The position numbers were made by a program, and so were the translations under genes. Positions 1 through 11,694 of a stretch of DNA of 64,000 nt are shown here, piece by piece (positions within the stretch are counted from its first letter, which is position 1; each line of letters opens with the position of its first letter). The notes beneath the pieces are model-generated. The model did no database searches, was not told the origin of the DNA, and saw only the letters and a list, made by a program, of their open reading frames with translations. Source of the DNA: Pseudogymnoascus verrucosus (taxonomy: Eukaryota); assembly GCA_001662655.1 (NCBI GenBank), contig KV460233.1; one strand, 5' to 3'.

Positions 1-1526
1 AGGAACAGGAATAATCGGGAAGCCGGCGCCGTTGCGAACCATGGTTGACCCGAAGACCCTGACCCTCCCACCATGAACGAACGAACCTTCCTATGCGCAA
101 CTTTCTCATCGTTCGCCCGTCTATCCCTCGCTTGTCCCCCGTCCTCCGAAGGATCGCCATGTCAGTCTCCATTCCTGCGCGCACACACACACACACAACT
201 CCCCATCACAGCACAGACCACACCACACATCCAGAACCCATGCGCCAACCAGATCAACACAATCCGACCAGTTCTTCCGGCCCTAGTCCCCCCATCTCCC
301 TCCACTCGCCAGGATCACCAGTTCTGGCCATGCCACTCCCTCTCCCGGCCGTCCAATCACACCTCCCCACCCCTGACCTCGAAACACACACCCAACCCCA
401 CCGAGTAAAACCCCGCTACAGGGGCAGGGCTCAAAGACGGAGGATCTGATTGGTTGGACGAGGCGTTTGGGGGTTTCAGGTTCATGCGGTTTTAGTTGTT
501 TCGGCGGGAAGGGAGGGGGGAGCGGACCGGAGGAGGAGGAGGTTTATGCGGCCGCATGCAGGCGATACCGATGCTGTGATGGAGTGGGAAATGTGATCGT
601 TGCGATGGGTGATGATGCAGCTGTCAGGCAAGGAGTCAAGGCCGCGCTGTTGGGTGTTGGGCCGCGGCCTGTTGTGTTGGTTGGTGGGTGCGGTTTGGTG
701 TGGGCGGGCGGGGGGGACGTTGCTGTCAGGTTGGTATACCTGGCAGGAATCGCGCTGTTCCTGCATCCGCTGCGTTGGAGGGGGGAGTGAGTACTTAGGC
801 TGGCTGTATGGTTTGTTGGTTGTACAGGAGGGAGATGCAGTGTGAACTGTACTACGGGGTGTGCTTACTGGACAGGACTCTTTACTGGAGTATGTACTCT
901 ATGTGGTATGAAAGAAGGGTACATACAGCCGTTCGTCCAGCTGGCTGACCGAATCGTGGCTACACATGGCGCTACGCTCACAACTCACGCTCACACGGTC
1001 CGTCTTCGGTCACAACCCCCAATACCGGCGGTTCCCCGGTCACGGGACACCACTACGGTCGAAAATACACCACCACACTTAATAATAAGACCGTCACTCT
1101 CCCATACCCATCAAAAGGCGGTATATAATTCAACAAATATAATTCAACAACTAATACAACTACACCTCAACATCATGTAAGTCGTCAAGTGACAAAAAAA
1201 AAGATCAAACTATCATTCACCCCATCTGTGCCGTCCCGGGCCTGCAACCCGACGGCTGGGGGGCTATCTATTTCAGACGCTATACACATCACATCACTAT
1301 CCCGACCCTATATGGCGCGCACGCTCCGCCGAGGTGCTTTGACATATAGTACTCTACTCTAGGCACCCCGCACTTTTGAACGCGATCACCCGCACGACCC
1401 CGATGATGCGGGCAGGTAGACATGTGTCAACACCCCATCCCTCATCCCCGCGACACATCTTTGTCCTATCCCCCCCTTCCCCATCCTGCCACTGACTGCC
1501 GACGCCCATCACACCCGGCAGTCCCC

Positions 1527-3231
1527 TCAATCCTCATCCATGCTCTCCCACCCCTGCTCACCATCCTTCTTTCCCCCCTCCCCCTCCTCCTCCTCCTCAT
1601 CACTACTCTCCTCCTCATCCGCATTAACCCCCACCAACCTCTCCTTGACCTCCCCCTCCACCGGCGCCATACGATGCGCAAACGCCTTGCGCACCGCAGC
1701 ATTCGTGCTCGTATCCCAGATATGCACGCTCCCCTTGCTTCCCGCGACAGCGAGGCGGAACCCGACCTCCTCGTCCGGCGCGAAGACGGTGGAGAAGACT
1801 TTGCCGACTTCGAGGTTGCGACTCACTACCATGGTAGGGCCGGAGGCTTGGATGTTCCACAGTTTCACGGTGCGGTCTGTAGACCCTGTGGCCATGAAGC
1901 CGGGGATCACGGGGTTGATATCGAAAGCTGACACGGACTCGTCGTGTGCGTGCAGCGTCCAGACGGGCTTGGTTTTCGAGGGGTCCGTAGGCGCGGCCCG
2001 CACGTCGTGGTAGTGGATCACCCCCGCCTCGGTGGAGATGTAGAAGTAATTCCCATCATGAGGATCCCACCTCACGGTCTCGACATCGCTCTCTACGCCC
2101 CATCGAGGGACGGTCGCGTCGGGGGCTCGCATGTCTGCCGCTACGACGGTGCGGTCGTAGGATCCGGAGAGGAGGATGGTGGATTCCTTCGGGTGCCAGG
2201 CGAGTGTGCATACCTTGTCCGTGTGGTGCGCGTAGGACTTCGCGCAGGAGGTGGTGTACAGGTCCCATAGCTTGACTGTCTTGTCTGCGGAGGAGGAGGC
2301 GAGGAGGTTGCGGTGGTGACGGTTCGCGGCGAGGGAGAGGACGGCGTCGACATGGTAGTCTGCGTTGGGCTTGTTGGACTTCTTGCGCTTTTTCTTCTTC
2401 TGCGTGCCGTCGGCCGGAGGGGCGCCGGTGTCGTCGAGTCCGCCCTGCCCGAGGATCGCGTTGGGGTACATGCAATCCACCGTGTCGAGGTCCCAGATTT
2501 CAATGTCCGGCTCGAAAGTACCGACGGCGACGAAGTTGGCGCGGGCGTCGCGGGCGGCGGAGGTTTTGCCAACGGGGAGGTCGAGCCATTCGAGGCAGAG
2601 GGGGATGGCGGGGAGCATGATGTCGTGGTGGACGTAGAGGTTATCTGCTGAGTCTTCGTAGACGTATACCTCGAGGTGGGCGACCTCGTCTTCCACCTTG
2701 GCGGCGAGGACCATGTTGTCTGTGGCGAGGATCTGGAGCTCTTCGCGGTCTTCGTCGTCCTCGTCGTTCTCTTTCATTGTGATGTACGGGTCGTCGGCGT
2801 TGGATTCGTGGTAGGCGAGGGACTTGACGTTGCCGAACATGCCCATTCCCTCCCCTTCAGTGTCTTTGGCGACGTCGGAGTCGTAGTGCTCTAGGTCGTA
2901 TTCGGCGAGGTCATCGTCTTCGTCTCTGCGGATTGTTAGAATCCCTAATCCCGTATATTGTAAAACCACCCCACCACCAAATAACTCACCCCTTCGATTT
3001 CACCTTCGCGCCACCAGTCCCATCCTCAATATCCGAGTCCGAATCACTCTCTCCCTCACCCCCAGCCCTCGCGGCTTCCTCAGCCTCTTCTAAATCCTCC
3101 TGCGCGTCATCGAGCTGCAATTTCGCCAGCTTGGCGATCCTATCGAACTCCGCCTCGTCGAACTCGTATTTCGTGGGGAACGGCGCCGCGAAGCCCCGCG
3201 GCACCCACGCCGTCGCTGTGACCATAGACAT
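1527..3231 (-). CDS. PWP1: Periodic tryptophan protein 1 (WD40 ribosome biogenesis factor); exons 3231-2990 and 2925-1527
   Basis: N-term 'MVTATAWVPRGFAAPFP', acidic tract, 'LEVYVYED..NLYVHHDIMLPAIPLCLEWLD', several WD40 repeats; GTGAGT..CTAAC..CAG intron joins the two ORFs in frame. Confidence 0.93.
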
Positions 3232-3556
3232 CTTCGGTTATGCTAACGAAGTTGTCTTAAAGGTTGTTTGGGGGGGGGACAGCTGTTCGCTCGGTGAGTG
3301 AGGGGAACTTTTTTCTCACTGTTACGATTATTTGGAAATCTTATACGCTAGTGTTATCTAATCTTAGCGCGGATTTATTTTGCGGTTGGTCCGTGCGGGT
3401 GTCGTCCTGGTGGTGGAGACGACGACGCGACGGTATATTTTGACGGCTGGCCTTGCTGGATTTACACTCACGAAGCTCACCCTACGAGCTACGCAAGACA
3501 GCACCGCGCCTTCCACTCGTTTTCTTCCTTGCCTTGCCTTGCATAGTTACCCGATC

Positions 3557-6500
3557 ATGGCAGGAGAAGATGGCTTCCAAAGCCCCAAGAGGCGGAAGAT
3601 AGACTTCAACCCCCTCCGCAACGATGACCGCTTCGCCATCCCCTCCCGCCCAACCTCACGCTCCCAATCCCTCGCCCCTCCGCGCTCACAATCCCAAGCC
3701 CCCTCCCGCTCGCAAAGCCGCTTCGGCCCCTCCTCCTCCCGCGCCTCAACACCTCGCGGACAATCCCAATACCCTGGAACCCCAAAGCAGCATGAATTCG
3801 ACGGCCCCGAACCCGCCGTCGACATCGAGGACTCGAACGCCCTCGACCGCGACTGGTACGCCGGCGACGAGAGCGGCCACGTGTTCGGCGACGAAATGCA
3901 CAATCCCTTCGGCTCGTACGATACCTCGTGGGAGGAGCGACAGAAGGAGGCTGCGCTGGTGGAGAAGAAGACTGCGAAGCGGGTTACGGCGCGGGCGGCG
4001 CAGAAGCAGCGGGATGTGGATGCGTGGGAGACGAATCGGATGTTGACGTCTGGGGTGGCGCAGCGGAGGGATTTCGGGGACGATTTTGAGGACGATGAGG
4101 AGCAGACGAGGGTGCATTTGTTGATTCATGATCTCAGGCCGCCGTTTTTGGATGGGAGAACGGTGTTTACGAAGCAGGTTGATCCGGTGCCGGCGATTAG
4201 GGATAATCAGAGCGATATGGCGGTGTTTAGTAGGAAGGGGAGCAGGGTTGTCAAAGAGAGGAGACAGCAGAAGGAGAGGCAGAAGCAGGCGCAGGAGGCG
4301 ACGAATATGGCCGGCACGGCGTTGGGGAATCTGATGGGGGTTAAGGAGGATGAGGGGGATAGTGCGGCGCCGGTGCCTGGGGAGGAGGGGGGGGGGAAGG
4401 GGGATAGCAAGTTTGCGGAGCATATGGCGAAGAAGAGTGAGGGGGCGAGTAACTTTAGTCAGAGCAAGACGCTGAGGGAGCAGAGGGAGTATTTGCCAGC
4501 GTTTGCGGTGAGGGAGGATCTGCTGAGGGTTATTAGGGATAATCAGGTTGTTATTGTGGTGGGTGAGACGGGGTCGGGGAAGACGACGCAGTTGACTCAG
4601 TTCCTTTATGAGGATGGGTATGGGAAGAGGGGGATGATTGGGTGCACGCAGCCGCGGCGTGTGGCGGCGATGAGTGTGGCGAAGCGGGTGAGCGAGGAGA
4701 TGGAGTGTAAGCTTGGCAGCACGGTTGGGTATGCGATCCGTTTTGAGGATTGCACGAGCAAGGAGACGGTTATCAAGTATATGACGGACGGTGTCTTGCT
4801 GCGCGAGTCTCTCAATGAGCCGGATCTCGACAGGTATTCGTGCGTCATCATGGACGAGGCCCACGAGAGGGCTCTCAACACCGATGTGCTCATGGGCCTT
4901 TTCAAGAAGGTTCTGGCGCGCCGACGAGACTTGAAGTTGATCGTCACATCGGCTACTATGAACTCGAAGCGCTTCTCGGACTTTTATGGTGGAGCGCCGG
5001 AATTTTTCATCCCTGGCCGAACGTTTCCTGTGGATGTCATGTTCCATCGCTCTCCGGTCGAGGATTACGTCGACCAGGCTGTGCAACAAGTTCTCGCTAT
5101 CCATGTTTCTATGGGCGCAGGCGATATCTTGGTGTTCATGACTGGACAAGAGGATATCGAGTGCACCTGTGAACTTATCCAGGACCGTTTGAACGCGCTC
5201 AATGACCCTCCTAAGCTTAGCATTCTACCGATTTACAGTCAAATGCCGGCAGATCTGCAGGCCAAGATTTTCGACAGAGCAGCGCCAGGTGTGAGGAAGG
5301 TCATTGTTGCGACCAATATCGCCGAGACGAGTTTGACAGTCGACGGTATCATGTACGTGGTGGACGCTGGATATTCCAAGCTCAAAGTGTATAACCCGCG
5401 AATGGGCATGGATACCCTTCAGATCACGCCCATATCGCAAGCCAACGCATCTCAACGATCCGGGCGCGCAGGTCGTACTGGCCCAGGAAAGGCATTCCGC
5501 CTCTTCACCGAAGCCGCATACAAAGACGAGTTGTACATCCAGACCATTCCCGAAATCCAGCGCACGAACCTCAGTAACACCGTTCTCCTCCTCAAATCCC
5601 TCGGCGTCAAAGACTTGCTCGATTTCGACTTCATGGACCCGCCACCACAGGATACCATTACCACATCACTCTTCGACCTATGGGCCCTCGGCGCGCTGAA
5701 CAACATCGGCGACCTCACCGACGTCGGCCTAAAGATGACACCCTTCCCCATGGACCCCTCCCTCGCCAAACTCCTCATCACATCCGAAGAATACGGCTGC
5801 AGCGAAGAAATGCTCACCATAGTCTCCATGCTCTCCGTCCCCTCGATTTTCTACCGCCCCAAAGAGCGACAAGAAGAATCCGACGCCGCGCGCGAGAAGT
5901 TCTTCGTCCCCGAATCCGACCACCTCACCTACCTGCACGTGTACTCGCAGTGGAAGAGCAACGGCTACAGCGACGCGTGGTGCACGCGGCACTTCCTGCA
6001 TCCGAAGTCGCTGCGTCGCGCGAAGGAGATTAGGGAGCAGATCGGGGATATTATGAAGATGCAGAAGATGACGATGGTGAGCTGTGGCACGGATTGGGAT
6101 GTTATCCGCAAGTGTATTTGCTCGGGGTATTATCATCAGGCTGCGAAGGTGAAGGGGATTGGGGAGTATGTGAATTTGCGTACCAGTGTGGCGATTCAGT
6201 TGCATCCGACGAGCGCGCTGTATGGGCTGGGGTACTTGCCGGATTATGTGGTGTATCACGAGCTCATCTTGACGTCGAAGGAGTACATGTCTACCGTGAC
6301 GTCTGTGGATCCGAAGTGGCTGGCTGAGCTTGGGGGGGTCTTCTACAGCGTGAAGGAGAAGGGGTACTCGGCACGTGAGAAGAGGGTGACGGAGGTGGAG
6401 TTTAATCGCAAGATGGAGATTGAGACGCAGATGGCGGAGGATAAGAAGAATGAGGAGGAGAGGTTGGAGAGGGAGAAGGGGAGGGGCGAAGCGCAGAAGG

Positions 6501-6580
6501 AGGGGGTGGTGGTGAAGAAGGTTGCGCAGAGGGGGGCGGTGAGGAGGCCGGTGGTGAAGAGGAGTGGGAGGGGGTTCTAG
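3557..6580 (+). CDS. PRP16: Pre-mRNA splicing DEAH-box helicase Prp16, intronless, divergent from PWP1
   Basis: [35 protein letters not shown] motifs; N-terminal 'ALDRDWY','[10 protein letters not shown]','[11 protein letters not shown]' typical of Prp16; first ATG at 3557. Confidence 0.93.
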   Translation: MAGEDGFQSPKRRKIDFNPLRNDDRFAIPSRPTSRSQSLAPPRSQSQAPSRSQSRFGPSSSRASTPRGQSQYPGTPKQHEFDGPEPAVDIEDSNALDRDWYAGDESGHVFGDEMHNPFGSYDTSWEERQKEAALVEKKTAKRVTARAAQKQRDVDAWETNRMLTSGVAQRRDFGDDFEDDEEQTRVHLLIHDLRPPFLDGRTVFTKQVDPVPAIRDNQSDMAVFSRKGSRVVKERRQQKERQKQAQEATNMAGTALGNLMGVKEDEGDSAAPVPGEEGGGKGDSKFAEHMAKKSEGASNFSQSKTLREQREYLPAFAVREDLLRVIRDNQVVIVVGETGSGKTTQLTQFLYEDGYGKRGMIGCTQPRRVAAMSVAKRVSEEMECKLGSTVGYAIRFEDCTSKETVIKYMTDGVLLRESLNEPDLDRYSCVIMDEAHERALNTDVLMGLFKKVLARRRDLKLIVTSATMNSKRFSDFYGGAPEFFIPGRTFPVDVMFHRSPVEDYVDQAVQQVLAIHVSMGAGDILVFMTGQEDIECTCELIQDRLNALNDPPKLSILPIYSQMPADLQAKIFDRAAPGVRKVIVATNIAETSLTVDGIMYVVDAGYSKLKVYNPRMGMDTLQITPISQANASQRSGRAGRTGPGKAFRLFTEAAYKDELYIQTIPEIQRTNLSNTVLLLKSLGVKDLLDFDFMDPPPQDTITTSLFDLWALGALNNIGDLTDVGLKMTPFPMDPSLAKLLITSEEYGCSEEMLTIVSMLSVPSIFYRPKERQEESDAAREKFFVPESDHLTYLHVYSQWKSNGYSDAWCTRHFLHPKSLRRAKEIREQIGDIMKMQKMTMVSCGTDWDVIRKCICSGYYHQAAKVKGIGEYVNLRTSVAIQLHPTSALYGLGYLPDYVVYHELILTSKEYMSTVTSVDPKWLAELGGVFYSVKEKGYSAREKRVTEVEFNRKMEIETQMAEDKKNEEERLEREKGRGEAQKEGVVVKKVAQRGAVRRPVVKRSGRGF

Positions 6581-7430
6581 GGAGGGGAGCTGGGAGGACA
6601 GATGTACATAGTTGGGGATGGGGTTGTTAGAAAATTTACATCCCGCTTGCCTCATGCTTGTTTCGACCAGAAAGGGCAAGGCCGAGGAGTAAGCAATGTG
6701 AGTGGCTAAAAAGGCCATTGGCCGACCGGTAAGCAAGGGTGTTCGGTATTCGGCCTTAGGCAGCAGTGTCTGTCTGCTCTAGTAATAACATTTCAAATCT
6801 GAGAGACTTCCGTCGGACTGACATGTATAACAGTATGGCCAGAAATGGGATTGTTTAATGGGCGCCCTTGTTTTATTACTCGATTTGTTTGATTGCTTCA
6901 TATGATTCGTACCCCAGACAAGGTGCTAACGGTAGCGGTAACGGTAGTGCCTCGGGGCCGTGGATCTGCATAGCCCCGAATCAAGGTCCCAGAGATAATT
7001 CGTAGGTTCGCATTATCTGGGTTTCCGGGCAGGTGATGTGGCATGCATACATGTAACATTAGTAGATGCGCGATTCCAAAACAGGCATTGTTTACTATTG
7101 CTACCAGGTGCTCGGTTGGTTTTGTTGGGGTTATGACGCTCCCACAATCCCGTGCGTCTGGGTCGAAAAAGCCTTGTGCAAACACCTGCATGATAGGCGA
7201 CGACCTGTGCGCCTTCCGTCGTCTATCATTCCGCTCGGACGTTCCATTTCGCTCGGACGGCAGCATTTTCGAATGACTTAGCCGCTTGGGGTCTTGTCTT
7301 GGGCTGGACCCCGGCTTCCCAAGAGGCACGGAATACGATTGCCGCATTGCCTTTCGCACGATGCAGATATCCTGAGTCTATGTAGATTATTGTATCAAAT
7401 AGGTAGTAGCTGGACTAGGATTGACATCTA

Positions 7431-7710
7431 GTGCACGTACTGTAGGTCTGGCTCGTTGCGAACCACCGCGGTAAGTCAGTCACCGCCCACACGGCGGTCG
7501 TCGCGCCACACGGCGGTCGTCGCGCCACACGACGCATCTCACGATGAACCGTCGCTGGCAAGATCCATGCTGATCACAAACTGTGCACGTACTGTAGGTC
7601 TGGCTCGTTGCGAACCACCGCGGTAAGTCACCGCCCACACGGCGGTCGTCGCGCCACACGACGCATTCACGATGAACCGTCGCTGGCAAGATCCATGCTG
7701 ATCACAAACT
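7431..7710. repeat. Near-identical tandem duplication (152 bp + 128 bp) with nested 19-bp and 4-bp micro-duplications
   Basis: Units 7431-7582 and 7583-7710 both run GTGCACGTACTGTAGGTCTGG...GATCCATGCTGATCACAAACT. Confidence 0.9.
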
Positions 7711-7890
7711 GTACAGTCGCTCACACGATGATGCATGCTGGCCCTGCACCATTAACCAAGTAGTATATATATATATCTTTCCCTCCTTCTGCGTTTTAAT
7801 CAAGTACTCAAGCAATTCAAACACCTTACACTATAAGACTTGGGCATTCTGACAAACTTTGACCTGCTCTCATCTTTATCACGAACTACA

Positions 7891-8237
7891 ATGTCTTCGA
7901 CGGACGCTGTAAAAGGGTCTGACCCTCAGAATATCAGGTAGAACTTCGTTTCATTCGTTACTCTATCTCCCTTCCCAAATGTCCTACTATACAAGACAAG
8001 ATTCGTTGAACCTTTTACAGCATTGAATTTGCATAAACTAACGTCTACTTGGATAGTGCTCGACCATATGAGAGCAAATCAGCTATCGGCATCATGGTCG
8101 CCAACGGAAAATCGACAAAGGAAAAGACGCTGAAGACAAGCCAGGCCCGTCTTGAAGAGTGCCTGTCTTCGCCAGACCAGCCATTCTCTGGCTATACTAT
8201 GCGACCATACGTGGTGCCGCGTAATGATAAGAAATGA
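7891..8237 (+). CDS. 75-aa hypothetical microprotein, copy A (exons 7891-7937, 8057-8237)
   Basis: ATG, AG|GTAG donor, CTAAC..TAG acceptor give an open frame; gap-free alignment to the paralogue at 43740-43422 with identical exon lengths. Confidence 0.75.
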
Positions 8238-10791
8238 CATGCCAAGCAGCGCCAAGAAGGTGAGAACATAGCTTCCGCGGCTTTCTAACATTGCTAACAA
8301 AGGGCACAAGAGATATCCAGAGAACGAATACATGGAACACCCAACTCATTGCCGCATTTTTTAGAAACATTTTTAGAACTTAGAAATAAAACTGTATTTT
8401 TACTACGTACACGCTATCTCGGTGAGTAGCTTAGGGGTCGTATATGCTTTTCAAAAAACAAAAAAACTGCCACGTGAGTAAGTTCGGCGCCATGAGACCT
8501 GATTAAACCGTAAGCTTCGTTGCAAACATGAAGTGGACGAAGGGCGGGCGGGTGATACCCGCACCCCATATTCGAGGTAAACCAATAAAAAGCGTTTAAA
8601 TTCATGTCATATTAAAATCTTGCGAGGCACCAATAGATAAGTAGGATCTTATATGGATCCCTTGCTTACCGGTTTGCAAAATCTCTAGGTATAATGTACA
8701 AAGGTCTACTTGTGGCTTTCGCCGTCGTCTACTTAAAAGAGCTAGCATTTCTTTGAAGCCGTACTATACAAACGAAGCGGCAAGTCAGCAGGCGTACCAT
8801 CAAGTATACGGTACAACGAAACTCCCGATTAACTACTGCTGCGCCATATAAGGTCTAATTGCCTCACAATATTTTGCCGTGCTCCGGGATTGACACCTAC
8901 ATACAGTAGAAGCTTGAAATCTTATAAATAAAAGTTATTTTTATAAAACTAACAGCGCGATATTCAGCAATAGGTAATAGGCAGTAGGCAGTCCACGCCA
9001 TAAAGGCCCATAATTCCAGCTTTTTACTTCTAGTAATCTCCGTGAAAGACCTACATATGGCTAATGGGGTCCTACCAGCATCGCCCAGACATGGTGGTCA
9101 AACCAGTCACGACCGGAATAGGAAATGGGCATCTTACACCGCCGTTCATTACGGACAACCCCACAACACTCTCGGTGAGAGATTTCGGATGCCCATACGA
9201 TATATCAAAGCGCGTGAGCGTGACTGTCGCGGTCGTGGCGACGAGGTGTTGGGCGAATCAGTTGAGAAGTTGGGCCCGACGGCTCGAAGATTCCAACACT
9301 GCATATATCATTTTATCTCGCATGCACGTCCGGATGAGGGGTGACGATGGCAGAGCGTAGTAGCGGGGTTGGCGTTCTGGTAAGGAAGGAGATTGTGGAT
9401 CTCTGACGTAGGAATCCCTATTAGAAACGTTTAAAATATGGGCTCGAGGCTACCGAAAATGACAGCGAAGGCCTGTTAGAAAGCCTATCAGCCGTCGCCA
9501 AACAAGCGAGGAATATGCTAGGTTTCTCAGCCTTGTTCCCTAATGAGAACTGCCAATTACACCTCACAAATCCACACACGAAACAAGTGTTATCCGTTGG
9601 CCTTAGATTATTGGTGCGGTCGTATCTTATTCGACGTCGTTTAGATTACCCCCTTGTTGAATCAGCGAAGCAGGCAAAAGTGGAGCGCCTAACTTTGACA
9701 GGGCAAAGCTGGTCTATATTTTACAACACCCGTCCACACCGGCCAGTCGCTCGACACTTACAAGGTATCAGACGGGAAGAATTGCGATGCTGATAAGACA
9801 CAGATGCTTGGTTTCCATCACGCACCTCCGTAAACATTCGCCACCTCAACATTCATTCATTTATTCCTTCATTTATCGGATATACTCTCTAGAAGAAGCA
9901 AGGGCCAGCTGAAAAGCTGCATGGATGCCTTTCGAGAAGGTCACGCCAAATCTAAGACACGTCTACCGCCTCCAACGCCCACAGATCCGCAGAAATCACA
10001 ACTACAGCTCCTCCTAGAAAGAAGTGCCCTGCGCTATCGAACCCTCTCCCTACAACATCCCGATTTTGGGGGATTCATTCATCTCGGCATAAAAGGCGGC
10101 CTCGACAACCCATGTAAGGCACATTTATACCCTGCATCGTCCCATCATCCGTATCATCAACAAATGCGGGGCCGAAGAAAAACAGCCCCTCCTCTCTGAC
10201 CCGGTGCCATTCATCCCGACCTCGGAAGCGGTCTCACCCCAGCTAGCGCTATCCACGCCATTTCTTCGGCGAATTCAGAGGTACGGGACTGAAGATAAAA
10301 ATAATGGATGTGGCCCGCCTACGGAGTACTCAATTCCCACCCCCAGCTCCCCCTTATCCCCGTGCACAATCACCCCCTGAAAACTGAAAATACCCCACAC
10401 GGTTACGAAATGTACGCGCGAGAGCTAAAAAGCGGTGTGCCTACGACTCTTCTCTCCTCTCCTCTCCTCTCTAAGCAATTGCCATTCATCCCAGCTTCAG
10501 AGGTAGCTTGTAGTACAGAGTCCAGCCTAAGCCGTTTCGAAGACATTTCCGTATGCGCAAAACCCCGCGTTCCGGCGTCTGACATCACTCTGTAGTCGCA
10601 TAAATCTTCCCATGCCCCATAACCTAGTGATCTGGGCCCACGTTGTGGTCTGGTCTGGCAGTACAGCCACCACTAAAACGGGTCGGTGCCATTCCCGAAT
10701 GCCAATGCAGCTTTGAAGCTTCATTTCTAATTTCAGATTTTGTCTCCTAATCGTAGTCGGAAGCAGAGTGCGTCTGTGAGAACGGGTGGAA

Positions 10792-11281
10792 TGTTACGGC
10801 GGGTTTCCGCAACCCCTGCACCGACACATCGATTAATAGGGTAATCTAGGTTGTGGTGTTTTGAACGCGGATTACAGGGATATGGATTCGCTTGGAAGAA
10901 CGCTCCTGGGAGAAGTCTCCCAGAAGAGCTCTCCCAGAAGCGATAGGCTCCTAGAAGAGTTCTCCCAGAAGAGTTAGTCTTCTAGAAGAACTCTCCCAGG
11001 AGGGGAACTCTCCTAGAAGAGAATTCACGTGATGGATATATTGGATATATGGATATGTTATTATATCCATCGATATCCCTATACCCACTAGGCACGACGC
11101 CACTATATAAGTAGATAGTTAGTTCTTAGATAGGAGCTTCGTGCTCAACTCAATATAGTATTTGTTATATACTGTAACGTGTTTTACGAAAGCCTTTGTG
11201 TCTGATCCCCTGCCTCCCCTGTTAAGTAAACCAACGCAACGAAACCTCTGTAAGTCTTATAGTTTAAGACCCAGCGTTACA
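10792..11281. mobile_element. Solo LTR of an LTR retrotransposon (490 bp)
   Basis: TGTTACG...CGTTACA termini, 5-bp TSD TGGAA on both sides (10787-10791, 11282-11286), internal CTCCCAGAAG repeats and TATATAAG. Confidence 0.88.
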
Positions 11282-11414
11282 TGGAAGCGAAGTGCGTCTG
11301 CAACTACTAAATATTACAAGTGCCTTTACATAGTAAATTATACGCAACGAGACTTAAGGTTATAAAAATTCAAAAATGTAATTAAATTATTTTATTTAAA
11401 ATATATATAAACTA

Positions 11415-11694
11415 ACGTATTTCACATGCGAGTGGCCACCCTAAGCGAGTAGCCATAGAAAACGCAAAAACGTGTAGACTAAGAATAAACATATTATATT
11501 GCAACAATGCAAGCTTAAAGCGCTTTAAAAGAAGATAGAACACTTTTAGCTATCAAGGCTATTAAACAAGGCTACATTTAGAATGTTCAGAGTGCTGCAG
11601 AAACGTACGATATCCCTTAAACAACACTATAGCGACAAATTCAAGGAACGGCTTCTTAACGTGACTATACCCCTAACTTACGTAAGTTGACTCC
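11415..11694 (+). pseudogene. 5' fragment of a Fot1/pogo-type DNA transposon with stop-riddled HTH region
   Basis: TA|ACGT... terminus; from ATG 11507 translates MQA*SALKEDRTLLAIKAIKQGYI*NVQSAAETYDIP*TTL*RQIQGTAS*RDYTPNLRKLT, the Fot1-type N-terminal HTH pattern. Confidence 0.8.

Noticed and set aside
1..1180. Several 80-120 aa ORFs and open minus-strand frames at the window start
   Set aside because: Low-complexity translations with no recognisable motif; may be UTR/promoter of a gene outside the window
3380..3556. N-terminal extension of PRP16 in the ORF track
   Set aside because: Starts at TTG; the first ATG is at 3557
3746..6736. Long antisense ORFs (467 aa, 335 aa) opposite PRP16, and similar ones opposite PWP1, NAB2, the P450 and the MFS
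   Set aside because: Shadow frames produced by strong codon skew; His/Pro/Leu/Arg-rich with no domains
6898..7359. 153-aa minus-strand ORF
   Set aside because: Non-ATG start and no recognisable family or splice support
9042..10290. Short ORFs that could be gene relics
   Set aside because: No motif I can assign; needs blastx
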